Below, piece after piece: positions 39,282-51,054 of a DNA stretch of 64,000 nt. The position numbers were made by a program, and so were the translations under genes. The stretch covers positions 11,037-75,036 of the forward strand of contig DATCGP010000034.1 in NCBI GenBank assembly GCA_036508875.1. The letters are read 5' to 3'. The DNA comes from Coriobacteriia bacterium. GTDB taxonomy: Bacteria; Actinomycetota; Coriobacteriia; Anaerosomatales; PALSA-660. The notes under the pieces are model-generated. The model ran no database searches. It was not told the DNA's origin and worked only from the letters and a program-made list of their open reading frames with translations. Within the stretch, counting starts at the first letter, position 1. Each line of letters begins with the position of its first letter.

Positions 39282-40433
39282 CTAGCGAGCGCGCAGCAGC
39301 TCTGCCGCGCGAGCCCGCGCACGTGCATCGGCCTCCTCGAGCTGGTCGAACGACTCGACCCTCTCGGTGGAATGTTCCTCAACGACTTGGGAAACGATCG
39401 CGTCGATGTCGAGGAACGTTGCCGAGCCGTCGAGGAACGCTGCCACAGCGACCTCGTTGGCGGCGTTCATCGCAGCCGGCAGGGTGCCTCCCACTCGGCC
39501 GGCCTCCAGGGCGATCCGCAGGCAGCGGAACGTGTCCATGTCGACCGGCTCGAAATCGAGAGAACCGATCGCCGTGAAGTCGAGCGGCGGTGCGGGCGCA
39601 TCCCAGCGGTCCGGGTGTGACAGCGCGTACTGGATGGGGACTCGCATGTCCGCGGCCCCGAGATGGGCCTTCACGGAGCCGTCCGAGAACTCCACCATCG
39701 AGTGCACCGTCGACTGACGATGGACGACGATCCGGATGCGGTCGTATGGCGCCGCGAAGAGATGGTGCGCCTCGATCACCTCGAGACCTTTGTTCATGAG
39801 CGTGGCCGAGTCGATGGTGATCTTGGGGCCCATGGTCCACCTGGGATGCGCGAGGGCCTGCTCGACCGTGACGGTGGTAAGGCGCGCGCGGTCCCAACCG
39901 CGGAACGGCCCGCCCGATGCGGTGAGCCAGATCTGCTGCATGCGCGCGGCCGGCTCGCCCCACAGGCACTGGAAGATCGCGGAGTGCTCGGAGTCGACCG
40001 GCAGCATCTGCCCAGGTGAGGCGAGCGGCATGAGCAGCTCGCCGCCGACCACGAGCGATTCCTTGTTCGCCAGTGCGAGGCGCGAGCCTGAGCGCAGCGC
40101 CGCCTCGGAAGCGCGGAGGCCGGCCGCGCCGACCATGGCGTTCACGACCACGTCAGCGCCGGCCGAGGCGAGGTCCGTCACCGCTGCGGAACCGGTGCGG
40201 CAACGCACGCCGGCGGGCAGGTCGGCGGCCGCGGGCGCGAAGCGCTCGTCGGCGATCGCGCACTCCCTGACTCCGAGGGCCTTGGCCTGCTCCATGAGTG
40301 CGGAGATGTTCCGGTTGGCGGCCAGCGAGACGATCTTGACCTTGTCCGGGTGGCGGAGCGCCACGTCGATGGTCTGCCGTCCGATCGACCCGGTGGAGCC
40401 GAGCAGTGCGACGGTGAGCGGCCCGCCGGTCAC
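39282..40433 (-). CDS. dxr: 1-deoxy-D-xylulose-5-phosphate reductoisomerase
   Basis: ORF 39282..40736 trimmed to GTG 40431-40433, a GTGA overlap with the cdsA stop. Contains LLGSTGSIG and PVDSEHSAIFQC. Confidence 0.93.
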   Translation of the reverse strand: MTGGPLTVALLGSTGSIGRQTIDVALRHPDKVKIVSLAANRNISALMEQAKALGVRECAIADERFAPAAADLPAGVRCRTGSAAVTDLASAGADVVVNAMVGAAGLRASEAALRSGSRLALANKESLVVGGELLMPLASPGQMLPVDSEHSAIFQCLWGEPAARMQQIWLTASGGPFRGWDRARLTTVTVEQALAHPRWTMGPKITIDSATLMNKGLEVIEAHHLFAAPYDRIRIVVHRQSTVHSMVEFSDGSVKAHLGAADMRVPIQYALSHPDRWDAPAPPLDFTAIGSLDFEPVDMDTFRCLRIALEAGRVGGTLPAAMNAANEVAVAAFLDGSATFLDIDAIVSQVVEEHSTERVESFDQLEEADARARARAAELLRAR

Positions 40434-41326
40434 TTGGCGCCCCCGAGGACCATCGTCCCGAACAGGAGCATGTAGTAGGTGACGACCGAGACCAGGATGA
40501 GTGAGTCGAACCGGTCCAGGAACCCACCGTGACCGGGCAGGAGCGTGCCCGAGTCCTTCGCGCCGACCTCGCGCTTGAGCCGGGACTCGGCCAGGTCGCC
40601 GAGAAGGGCCGCGATGGCGGCTACGGCGCCGGTGACCACGAACCACCACAGCGGCAGGTTCGCGGGCCGGATGAAGTACCAGCCGGCGATCCACGCGCCG
40701 ATCGTTCCGACCGATCCCGCTATGAAGCCTTCCCACGACTTGTTCGGGGAGATGTGCGGAGCCAGACGGTGCTTCCCGATCGCCGAACCCACGAGATACG
40801 CGAAAACATCCATCGCCCAGACCCCGACCAGGATGACCAGCACGAGTTCGGCGCCGGAGTCCAGCACATGGATGAGCACGAGGTGCGCGAGCGTGAACCC
40901 GACGTACACCGCGCCGAAGACCGTAGTGGAGGTGTCAGCCCCCCGGAACTGCTTGAACGCTATGTTCCACAGGACCGCCGCCACCACGAGGCCGCCCATC
41001 ACGGCCGTCAGGCCGACCGCGCCCAATTCGCTCGAAGGAGGAGTTGCGGTGCCCGCATACAGCGCTGCGGCGATCGGCATGGCGGCCGCTGCGACGACGC
41101 CGAACAGCTCGTTGGCGCGCCGGTGCTCGGACCGGGTCATGCGGTAGAACTCGCTGCCGCAGACCGCTGCGAGGACCGCCACGACCACCGCCCATCCCAG
41201 CGTGCCGCCCCACAGGTCTGCGGAGACGAGGACCACGCCCAGCGCCAGGGCTGTGAGAGTCCGGTAGGCGAAGCCCCTCAACTCGCGACGGTTGCGCATG
41301 TGCTGCCGTATCGGGGCGTCTCTCAT
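40430..41326 (-). CDS. cdsA: Phosphatidate cytidylyltransferase
   Basis: ORF trimmed to ATG 41324-41326, an ATGA overlap with the uppS stop. Polytopic; C-terminal signature SRLKREVGAKDSGTLLPGHGGFLDRFDS. Confidence 0.88.
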   Translation of the reverse strand: MRDAPIRQHMRNRRELRGFAYRTLTALALGVVLVSADLWGGTLGWAVVVAVLAAVCGSEFYRMTRSEHRRANELFGVVAAAAMPIAAALYAGTATPPSSELGAVGLTAVMGGLVVAAVLWNIAFKQFRGADTSTTVFGAVYVGFTLAHLVLIHVLDSGAELVLVILVGVWAMDVFAYLVGSAIGKHRLAPHISPNKSWEGFIAGSVGTIGAWIAGWYFIRPANLPLWWFVVTGAVAAIAALLGDLAESRLKREVGAKDSGTLLPGHGGFLDRFDSLILVSVVTYYMLLFGTMVLGGAK

Positions 41327-42093
41327 CGGCCGCCGAACCTCCGGTCGCGCTGCTGGAAGTCGACGATCGCTTCGAGCATGTCGTCCCGGCCGAAGTCCGG
41401 CCAGAGCGTCTCGGTGAGCACCATCTCGGTGTAGGCGACCTGCCACAGCAGGAAGTTCGAGAGGCGCATCTCGCCACTGGTGCGGACCAGGATGTCCGGG
41501 TCGGGGATGCCCGCGGTGTACAGGCGCGAGGCGACAGCGGCCTCATCGACGTCGCCGGGCGCCAGCGTGCCGGCGGCCACGTCGCGCGCGATGGCTGCCG
41601 CGGCGTCGGCGATCTCGGTCCGGCCACCGTAGTTGAGTGCGATGACCAGATCGAGCCGGTCGTTGCCCGCGGTCCGCGCCATGCCGTCCGCGAACGACGT
41701 CTGGACCCGCTTCGACATCTCTTCGAGATGTCCGATGACGCGGACGCGCACTCCCCACTCCATCAGGTCGTCCATCTTGGCGAGCAGCACCTCTGCGAAC
41801 AGGCCCATCAGGGTCCGGACCTCGGTGCGGGGACGCATCCAGTTCTCGGTGGAGAACGAATAGAGCGTCAGGTAGCGCACCCCGCACTCGATGGCGCACG
41901 CGATCGCTTCCTCCACCGCCTGCGCGCCCGCACGGTGCCCCGCGGCGCGCGGCAGTCCCTTCGCGGTGGCCCAGCGCCCGTTCCCGTCCATGATGATGGC
42001 GACGTGCGCGGGTACACGGGCGCTATCCAGACGTGCGAACAGCGCCCGTCCCCGGTCCGAGGTGAAGTACTCCGTGGGCTGTGGCGTCGGCAT
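41323..42093 (-). CDS. uppS: Isoprenyl transferase (undecaprenyl diphosphate synthase family)
   Basis: Contains HVAIIMDGNGRWA and the cis-prenyltransferase core. Confidence 0.93.
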   Translation of the reverse strand: MPTPQPTEYFTSDRGRALFARLDSARVPAHVAIIMDGNGRWATAKGLPRAAGHRAGAQAVEEAIACAIECGVRYLTLYSFSTENWMRPRTEVRTLMGLFAEVLLAKMDDLMEWGVRVRVIGHLEEMSKRVQTSFADGMARTAGNDRLDLVIALNYGGRTEIADAAAAIARDVAAGTLAPGDVDEAAVASRLYTAGIPDPDILVRTSGEMRLSNFLLWQVAYTEMVLTETLWPDFGRDDMLEAIVDFQQRDRRFGGR

Positions 42094-42102
42094 GAGCGGA
42101 GG

Positions 42103-42659
42103 CTAGACCTCCATGATCTCCTGCTCTTTGCGCTTGAGGAGGTCCTCGACACTCGCGATGAACGCGTCGGTCTTCTTCTGGACCTGCTCTTCGCCGCGGC
42201 GGGCGTCGTCCTCGCTCATCTCGCCGGCCTTGTCGGCCTTCTTGAAGGCGTCGTTGGCGTCACGACGGGCGTTGCGGATGGCGACACGCGCCTGTTCGGC
42301 ATAGCCGTGGCACAGCTTGACGAGTTCCCGGCGGCGCTCCTCGTTCAAGGCGGGGAACGGTACCCGGATGACGGTGCCGTCGTTGCTCGGGTTCAGACCG
42401 AGGTCGGAGGCGAGGATCGCCTTCTCCGCGAGCTTGAGGATCGACTTGTCGTACGGCGAGATCACGACGAGCTGCGGCTCCGGCGAGCTGACCGCCGCGA
42501 GCTGCAGCAGTGGGGTCTGGGTGCCGTAGTACTCCACGGTGAGCTTCTCGAAGATCGCTCCCGAGGCGCGTCCCGTGCGCACCGTCGTGAACTCATGCGA
42601 GAGCGCCGAGACGGCCTTGGTCATGCGCTCGTCGGCCTGCTTGATGATCGCTTCGGGCA

Positions 42660-42660
<1 letters not shown>
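42103..42660 (-). CDS. frr: Ribosome recycling factor
   Basis: ORF 42103..42915 trimmed to ATG 42658-42660 (TGATG junction with the pyrH stop). 185 aa; RTGRAS..L..V.VEYYG. Confidence 0.95.
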
Positions 42661-44382
<1,722 letters not shown>

Positions 44383-44472
44383 GTTCATCCACTCCTTCAC
44401 ATCCGCGCGTCCCCTCCGGGGACCTCCGGAGCGCCGCGCAGGCGGTGTACGTGTTCGTGTAGTGCTTTCCCT

Positions 44473-45363
44473 CTACGCCTCGGGAGTCTCGACGCTCTCG
44501 ACGGTCTCGTCCGCGACCTCGGCGACGGTCTCTTCGACGGTCACAGGCGCGACCTCGATGGCCTCGTCGGCCACAGGCGCTTCGACGACCGACTCAACGG
44601 CCGGCTCGGCGACGACCGGCGCCACGTCGGCGGCCGCGGCGGGTGCCGCGGCCGGGGCCTCCTTCGCTTCCGTGGGAGCGAAGACCTCGCGGCCCTCGAT
44701 GGCAGCGTTGGCGATGACGTGCGTGATCAGGTTGACCGAGCGGATCGCGTCGTCGTTGCCCGGGATCACGTAGTCGACCTCGTCAGGGTCGCAGTTGGTG
44801 TCGATGAGCCCGATGATCGGGATGCGCAGACGGCGCGCCTCGGCCACGGCGATCGCCTCGCGCTTGGTGTCGATGATGAAGACGGCGCGGGGCAGTTCCT
44901 GCATCTCGCGGATGCCGGTGAGGTTGATCTGCAGCTTCGAGAGCTCGCCGCGCAGCTTCAGGGCTTCCTTCTTCGGGAGCGACGCCATGCGGCCGTCGGC
45001 TTCCATCGCCTCGAGCTGGGTCATGCGGGCGATCCGCTTGCGCATGGTGACCCAGTTCGTCAGCATGCCGCCAAGCCAGCGCTGGCTCACGAAGGGCATC
45101 CCGGCGCGGGCGGCCTCGGTCTCGACGGCTTCCTGTGCCTGCTTCTTGGTGCCGATGAGCATGATCGTGCCGCCCTGCGCAGTGAGGTTGCGCACGAACC
45201 TGTAGGTGGCGTCGATCTCACGAAGAGAGCGCTGGAGGTCGAGGATGTAGATGCCGTTACGCTCGGTGAAGATGTACGGCTTCATCTTCGGGTTCCAGCG
45301 GCGTGTCTGGTGTCCGAAGTGGACGCCAGCTTCGAGCAGGTCCTTCATTGCGACGACGGGCAT
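44473..45363 (-). CDS. rpsB: 30S ribosomal protein S2, with an acidic Ala/Val/Glu-rich C-terminal tail
   Basis: Begins [19 protein letters not shown]. The conserved core covers ~235 aa, followed by a ~65-aa low-complexity tail. GAAGGAGG lies 7 nt upstream. Confidence 0.96.
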   Translation of the reverse strand: MPVVAMKDLLEAGVHFGHQTRRWNPKMKPYIFTERNGIYILDLQRSLREIDATYRFVRNLTAQGGTIMLIGTKKQAQEAVETEAARAGMPFVSQRWLGGMLTNWVTMRKRIARMTQLEAMEADGRMASLPKKEALKLRGELSKLQINLTGIREMQELPRAVFIIDTKREAIAVAEARRLRIPIIGLIDTNCDPDEVDYVIPGNDDAIRSVNLITHVIANAAIEGREVFAPTEAKEAPAAAPAAAADVAPVVAEPAVESVVEAPVADEAIEVAPVTVEETVAEVADETVESVETPEA

Positions 45364-45534
45364 GGCAAAGCCTCCTTCATTCCTGGTTCATCCTCCGCCC
45401 GGAGGCCTGTCGCCAAATCGACCCCGCTTCGCGACCCGACCTCCGAACCTGGGAGGAAGGGCACCGCGCGCCGCGGACCTGCGGGCGTGTGTATTGAGAG
45501 CTGGCGTAGTGTAGCAGACGCGCGCCGTTCCCGG

Positions 45535-46320
45535 CTAGGCCAGGACTCCCTGCGCCGCATGGAGGCGTGCGCGCAAGCGCAGCACCGCCTTCGTGTGCAT
45601 CTGGCTGACCCTGGACTCGGTCACGCCGAGGACGCGGCCGATCTCCTTGAGCGAGAGTCCCTCGTAGTAGTAGAGCGCGATGACGGTGCGTTCGCGGTCG
45701 GTCAGGTGCTCTATCGCCTGCGCGAGGATCACCTTCATCTCCTCCGCCTCGAACGTCTCGACCGGGTTCTCGGCGTTGTCGTCGGCGATCGAGGTGGCAT
45801 CGGGACGATCGTCCGACTCGGTGCCGGTCCCCCACAGGTCCTCGAAGCTCACGACAAAGGTGTAGGAGAGCTTCGTGTACGTCTCCTGAAGGTCGCTGAA
45901 AGAGATCCCGAGCTCGTCAGCGACCTCCTGATCCTCGGGAGTGCGCATCAGCTTGGTCTCGAGCGTCACGATCGCCCGCTCGATGTCGCGTGCGCGCGAG
46001 CGGACGCTGCGCGGGACCCAGTCGAGCGCGCGCAGCTCGTCGATGATCGCTCCGCGGATGCGCGAGATCGCGTACGTCTCGAACTTGAAGCCGCGGTCGG
46101 GCTCGAACTTCTCCAGCGCGTCGATGAGGCCGAAGATGCCGTACGAGATGAGATCGGCGTTCTCGACCGAGTTCGGAAGGCCCGTGGCTATGCGGCCGGC
46201 GACGAACTTGACCAGCGGCGAGTAGTTCAGGATGAGCTGTTCGAGTGCGAACTCGTCCCGAGTCGACTCGAAGCGGTCCCAGAGCGTCTCCAGGTCGACC
46301 TGCTGCTCAGGATGCTTCAT
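45535..46320 (-). CDS. whiG: FliA/WhiG family RNA polymerase sigma factor
   Basis: Region 2 (DLISYGIFGLIDALEKFEP..FETYAISRIRGAIID), region 3, and region 4 HTH (LSLKEIGRVLGVTESRVSQMHTKA). Sits between xerC and rpsB, as whiG does in actinobacteria. Confidence 0.85.
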   Translation of the reverse strand: MKHPEQQVDLETLWDRFESTRDEFALEQLILNYSPLVKFVAGRIATGLPNSVENADLISYGIFGLIDALEKFEPDRGFKFETYAISRIRGAIIDELRALDWVPRSVRSRARDIERAIVTLETKLMRTPEDQEVADELGISFSDLQETYTKLSYTFVVSFEDLWGTGTESDDRPDATSIADDNAENPVETFEAEEMKVILAQAIEHLTDRERTVIALYYYEGLSLKEIGRVLGVTESRVSQMHTKAVLRLRARLHAAQGVLA

Positions 46321-46354
46321 CGCTCAGGACAACTTCCGTCGAGGGCCGGGGACT

Positions 46355-47254
46355 TCAGGCACGAGGGTGCGCATCGTGATGGACGCGTTGCAGGCGCTGG
46401 ACCCCGAGGTGAGTGTAAATCTGGGTGGTGGACAGGGCAACATGGCCCAGCAGGTCCTGGACCGACCGTAGGTCCGCTCCCGCTTCGAGCAGGTGCGTGG
46501 CGAACGTGTGGCGCAAGGTGTGAGGGGTGACCCCCGAGACGACTCCGAGCGTCCGCAGATGGCCGGCGAGCATCCTGCGGACTCCCCCGTCCGTCAGGCG
46601 CGTGCCGCTGCGGTTGAGGAAGAGGGCGGGCTCCGTAGGGGCCGGATTCAGCGCCGGCCGGCCCGACCGCAGGTACGCGGCCACGCGGGCCAGCGCCTCG
46701 CGGTGCAGCGGCAGGATCCGTTGCTTGTCGCCCTTGCCGGTGACCTTCACCTGGCCGGCGGAACCGTCGACGTCCGCGATATCGATGCCGACCAGCTCGC
46801 TGACGCGTGCGCCTGTCGCGTACAGCATCTCGAGGATCGCGCGGTCGCGCAGGCCGCGCGGCGTGTCCGCGTCCGGCGTGTCGAGCAGCGCGTTGAGGAT
46901 GTCGGTGGGCACAAGCCTCGGAAGCCGCGCGTCGAGCTTCGGCGTGGCGATCACGGAGGCCGCGTCGGTGGTGATGACGCCTTCCCGGTTGAGGTAGGCG
47001 AACAGAGAGCGAACGGACGAGAGGCGCCGCGCGATCGTGCGTCGGGAGTACTTGGCTTGGTCGAGTTCGGAGAGGTAGCGGCGCAAGGCGCGCGGATCGT
47101 CGCCGAGGGGGTCGCTCCCGCTTCGCTCCGCCCACTCCAGGTAGCGGGCAAGGTCCGAGGAGTAAGCGCGTACAGTGTTCGGCGAGACGTTGCGCTCGGT
47201 GCGCAGGTACTGAAGGAAGCGGTCGACCGCCACCGACGCGTCGATGCTGCTCAT
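46355..47254 (-). CDS. xerC: Tyrosine recombinase XerC/XerD family
   Basis: N-terminal SAM-like domain (FLQYLRTERNVSPNTVRAYSSDL) and catalytic R..HxxR..Y (TPHTLRHTFATHLL..TTQIYTH). Confidence 0.9.
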   Translation of the reverse strand: MSSIDASVAVDRFLQYLRTERNVSPNTVRAYSSDLARYLEWAERSGSDPLGDDPRALRRYLSELDQAKYSRRTIARRLSSVRSLFAYLNREGVITTDAASVIATPKLDARLPRLVPTDILNALLDTPDADTPRGLRDRAILEMLYATGARVSELVGIDIADVDGSAGQVKVTGKGDKQRILPLHREALARVAAYLRSGRPALNPAPTEPALFLNRSGTRLTDGGVRRMLAGHLRTLGVVSGVTPHTLRHTFATHLLEAGADLRSVQDLLGHVALSTTQIYTHLGVQRLQRVHHDAHPRA

Positions 47255-48624
47255 CGCCCCTCGCTCCAGTCAAGGACGGTCGAGGCCTTCACGCGCACCT
47301 TGGCGATCTCGAGGGACTCGTGCTCGGCGAGCCAGGACTCCAGCGAGTCGGAGCCCCGCGCCGCATATGCAGCGTAGCGCTCGCGCTTCCCATTGATGCG
47401 TGGGACCGGCGCGGGAAGCAGACCGAAGTTGACGTGCATCGGCTGATAGGACTCGGTCGCGGGATCGGTCGCGTAGCCGAGCAACGAGCCCAGGACTGTC
47501 TCTGGCGGCAGGACGACAGGGCCGGCGCCGCTGCGCGCAGCGACGAGCCCGAGGGCCGCGACGAGCCCGGACGCGGCCGCCTCGAGGTACCCCTCGGTCC
47601 CCGACAGTTGGCCCGCAAGGCGCACGCGCGGCTGGTCGCGGAGCGCGAGGTCCGAGGTCAGCAGGCGCGGCGCGTCGATGAAGGTGTTGCGGTGCATCAC
47701 GCCATAGCGCAGGAACGTCGCTCCCTCCAGTCCGGGGATCATCCCGAAGACGCGGCGCTGCTCTGGAAACGTGAGGTTCGTCTGGAAGCCCACGAGGTTG
47801 TAGGCGGTCTGCGCGCGGTTCTCGCAACGGAGCTGGACGACCGCGTGCGGGCGATGGCCGGTGGCGGGGTCGGTCAGGCCGACCGGCTTCATCGGTCCGA
47901 ACCTCAGCGCGTCGCGACCCCGGCGGGCGATCTCCTCGACCGGCAGGCACGCATGGAAGAGGTCGCCGCTCTCGAAGTTCTTGGCGTGGACGCGCTCGGC
48001 CGCGAGCAACGCGTCCACGAATGCCTCGTAGGCATCGCGGTCGAGCGGGCAGTTCAGGTAGTCGGCGCCCTCGCCCTTGCCGTAGCGCGACTCGGCGAAG
48101 CAGACCCCGCGGTCGATGTCGGCGGCTTCCACGATCGGCGCGGCGGCGTCGTAGAACGCAAGACGATCGCCGCCCACGAGCGCGGACAGGGCGTTCTCCA
48201 AGGCGGGCTCGGTGAGCGGGCCGGTGGCCACGATGACGTCACCGGCCGGGACGGAAGCGGCGACCTCGTGGACGACCTCGATGAGCGGGAGCGACTCGAT
48301 CGCGCGGGTGAGCAGAGTGGCGAAGGCGGCACGATCGACCGCCAGCGCGCCTCCTGCGGCGACAGCGGTGGCGCGGGCGCAGGCGAGCACGATGCTGCCG
48401 AACCCGGCCAGCTCGCGCTTGAGCATGCCCGCTGCGGTCGTCGGATCGTCGGACTTGAGCGAGTTCGAGCAGACGAGCTCGCCGAGCAGGCCGGTATGGT
48501 GCGCGGGCGACTGGTGGCCGGGCCGCATCTCGATAAGGCGCACCGGGACGCCACGCGCTGCGAGCTGGAACGCCGCCTCGCTGCCGGCGAGCCCTCCGCC
48601 TATGACCGTCACGCGATCGTTCAC
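47251..48624 (-). CDS. trmFO: Methylenetetrahydrofolate--tRNA-(uracil54-C5)-methyltransferase TrmFO
   Basis: ORF 47251..49284 trimmed to GTG 48622-48624 (alternative TTG 48631-48633). Contains VIGGGLAGSEAA and LAGQLSGTEGYLEAAASG. ATGA overlap with the xerC start. Confidence 0.9.
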   Translation of the reverse strand: MNDRVTVIGGGLAGSEAAFQLAARGVPVRLIEMRPGHQSPAHHTGLLGELVCSNSLKSDDPTTAAGMLKRELAGFGSIVLACARATAVAAGGALAVDRAAFATLLTRAIESLPLIEVVHEVAASVPAGDVIVATGPLTEPALENALSALVGGDRLAFYDAAAPIVEAADIDRGVCFAESRYGKGEGADYLNCPLDRDAYEAFVDALLAAERVHAKNFESGDLFHACLPVEEIARRGRDALRFGPMKPVGLTDPATGHRPHAVVQLRCENRAQTAYNLVGFQTNLTFPEQRRVFGMIPGLEGATFLRYGVMHRNTFIDAPRLLTSDLALRDQPRVRLAGQLSGTEGYLEAAASGLVAALGLVAARSGAGPVVLPPETVLGSLLGYATDPATESYQPMHVNFGLLPAPVPRINGKRERYAAYAARGSDSLESWLAEHESLEIAKVRVKASTVLDWSEGR

Positions 48625-48698
48625 CGTGCTCAAGTGGCGCCTTCCGGTCTCGGAGGTCGCGGAGGATGGTGGGCCGCGGACCCGGTGCGATTGTAGCG

Positions 48699-49583
48699 TC
48701 AGCGCAGCAGGCACGGTCCGTACCTCCCATCGGTGTGGCGTGCGATCACCCCTGAAGTCTCTAGCCGCGCAAGGGCGCCCATGGTGGAGGCCGCATCCAG
48801 GCCGAGTGCCTCGCCGATCTCGTCCGGCGTCATGGGATGGGCACGAAGCGCCTCCAGGAGCGGCTCGCCCGACGCGCTCCTGGACTGCCCCGCCAGCTGC
48901 CGGCCTGCGGCGAACGGTTCGATGAGCCCCGCGCTGCACAGCGCATCCCGGAGATCGTCGACGCAGGTGATCGGTGTAGCGCCCTGACGGATGAGGCGGT
49001 TGGTCCCTGCGCTGCCGGCGTACAGGATGCTCCCCGGGACAGCGAGGACGTCCCGTCCGGAGTCCAGCGCGCTGTCCGCCGTGGAGAAGGTCCCGCTCGG
49101 CAACGCAGCCTCGACCACGAGCACTGCGGCCGACAGGCCCGCGATGATGCGATTCCGGGCCGGGAACTGCCACGGCAAGGGCGTTGCACCCCAATCCAAC
49201 TCGGAGACGACCGCGCCCTCCCCTGCTCGCAGGCGTGCGAGCGTGTCCGCGGAGCGGCGCGGGTAGTCGACGTCGGCGCCGCACCCGAGCACCGCGACCG
49301 ATCGCCCGCCCGCCTCGAGAGCGGCGGACTGTGCTGCCAGGTCACAGCCGATGGCCGCGCCGGAGATGACGGTGACCCCGGACTCCGCGGCACAGCGCGC
49401 GAACATCCGGGCGCAGGTCGTGCCGTAGGGCGTGGCGCGCCGTGAGCCGATGATGGCGAGACCGGGAACGAGGGCCGCAGGGTCCCCCATCCCGAACAGT
49501 CGCGCCGGGGGCCTGACGGCCGTCTCCAACTGCGGTGGATATCCGGGGGCGCCGAGGTCCAGCGTGAAGCGTGAGGCGTTCAC
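48699..49583 (-). CDS. dprA: DNA-processing protein DprA
   Basis: Rossmann-like DprA core (IIGSRRATPYG..VISGAAIGCD..H) and a C-terminal winged-helix-like region. GTG start forms a GTGA overlap with the comM stop. Confidence 0.9.
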   Translation of the reverse strand: MNASRFTLDLGAPGYPPQLETAVRPPARLFGMGDPAALVPGLAIIGSRRATPYGTTCARMFARCAAESGVTVISGAAIGCDLAAQSAALEAGGRSVAVLGCGADVDYPRRSADTLARLRAGEGAVVSELDWGATPLPWQFPARNRIIAGLSAAVLVVEAALPSGTFSTADSALDSGRDVLAVPGSILYAGSAGTNRLIRQGATPITCVDDLRDALCSAGLIEPFAAGRQLAGQSRSASGEPLLEALRAHPMTPDEIGEALGLDAASTMGALARLETSGVIARHTDGRYGPCLLR

Positions 49584-51054
49584 GAATTGCCCCGGTATCC
49601 GGAGGCCTCGAAAACATGCTCCCGAGTCACACGGTCCGCCGCAGCGAGATCGGCGATGGCGAGCGCCACGCGCAGCAGGCGCGTGATGCCGCGTCCGGAG
49701 AGGTGATGGAGTCTGGCGGCCTGCTCGACCGCCGCTCGCGCCGCCGGGTCGAGGCCGCAGCCACGCAGCAGGGCAGCGCCACTGAGGTCGCGGGGCAGGC
49801 CACGCTTGCGCGTACGCCCCCGAGCGTCGATCACGCGCGCCCGGACCGCAGCCGACCGCTCTTCGACCGAACCCGTCAGAAGCCGCGACGTGTCGGTGCG
49901 TCCGACGCGGAGCGTCATGTCGATCCGGTGTCCATGAGCGGACCGCCGACGCGCCCCACGTAGCGCTCCACGAGCGTCGGCGGGCAGGTGCACGTGCGTT
50001 CCGTGTCCCCGAGGTAGCCGCACGGGCAGGGGTTCATGGCGGCGACCAGCGCGAAACTCGCGGGGTAGCGCACCCGGCCCTCCGCGCGGACCAGCGTGAG
50101 GTAGCCGTCCTCGAGCGGCTGTCGCAAGGCCTGCAGCGCCGCGGGCGAGAACTCGGGCAGTTCGTCGAGGAACAGGACTCCATTGTGGGCCAGGGAGGCC
50201 TCCCCCGGCCTTGGCGGCGTCCCGCCGCCGACGAGCCCCGCCGTGGTGGCCGTATGGTGCGGCGCGCGGAAGGGCCTGATGCCCGCCAGCACGCCGTTGA
50301 GGTCCAGCCCCGCGACGGAGTGCACGACCGCGGTCGTCAGGACCTCGGCGTCGTCCAGCGGAGGGAGTATCGACGGCAGGCGCCGTGCCAGCATCGTCTT
50401 CGCCGATCCCGGCGGTCCCACCAGCAACAGTCCGAGCCCACCGGCCGCCGCGATCTCAAGGGCCCTCTTGGCCAAGGACTGTCCGTGCACCTCCGAGAAG
50501 TCGGGGACAGGGATGTCCGCCGGCGGCGCGGCCGCCATGCGAGCGGACGCCGGTGGGAGGCCCTGGCGCAGGACACCGAGCGATCCGAGCGGGTGCACCA
50601 CGCATTCCTTGACCGTCTGGGCGGCCATGAGCGCGTCGACCGAAGCCAGCAGCGGCAACCCTCGCAGCGGCGCCGCGATCGCGTGCGCCAACATCCCGGG
50701 GACCGAACGGACGCTGCCGTCGAGCCCGAGCTCACCCACGCTCACCGCCGCAAGGACGTCGCGAGGGACCTGCCCGGTGGCGGCAAGGACGCCCACGGCG
50801 ATGGGCAGGTCGAACCCGGTCCCGTGTTTGCGCACAGGCGATGGCGCGAGGTTGACCGTCACCCGCGCGTTCGGGAAGTCGAAGCCGCTCGAGCGGAGAG
50901 CGGCGCGCACGCGGTCCCGTGCTTCGAGGACCGCGGTGTCGCCGAGGCCGACGATCGTGAAGGCCGGAAGCCCTGCCGACACGTCCACCTGGACCTCGAC
51001 GTCGATGGCGTCCACGCCGACGAGCGTGGACGACGGGACGGTCGCCTGCGTCAT
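49580..51054 (-). pseudogene. comM: YifB/ComM family Mg-chelatase-like AAA+ ATPase, interrupted by a frameshift near 49928-49929
   Basis: ORF 49915..51054 carries the Lon-like N-domain, Walker A GPPGSAKT, ..FLDELPEF.. and the zinc motif CPCGY, and ends ..[13 protein letters not shown] 49580..50023, in another frame, continues with [40 protein letters not shown], the expected ComM C-terminus (GPLLDRIDx...). Two extra or one missing nucleotide lies between the D codon (49930-49932) and the R codon (49925-49927). Confidence 0.75.

Noticed and set aside
47251-49284. Very long N-terminal extensions on ORF-track entries, for example trmFO 677 aa, ftsY 680 aa, cinA 484 aa, dxr 484 aa, truB 491 aa, ribF 420 aa and dapA 400 aa
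   Set aside because: The extensions are Arg/Pro/Gly-rich, overlap the upstream gene in another frame, and precede the point where homology to the family begins. Internal GTG/ATG starts forming 4-nt overlaps with the upstream stop, or preceded by SD sequences, explain the genes better.
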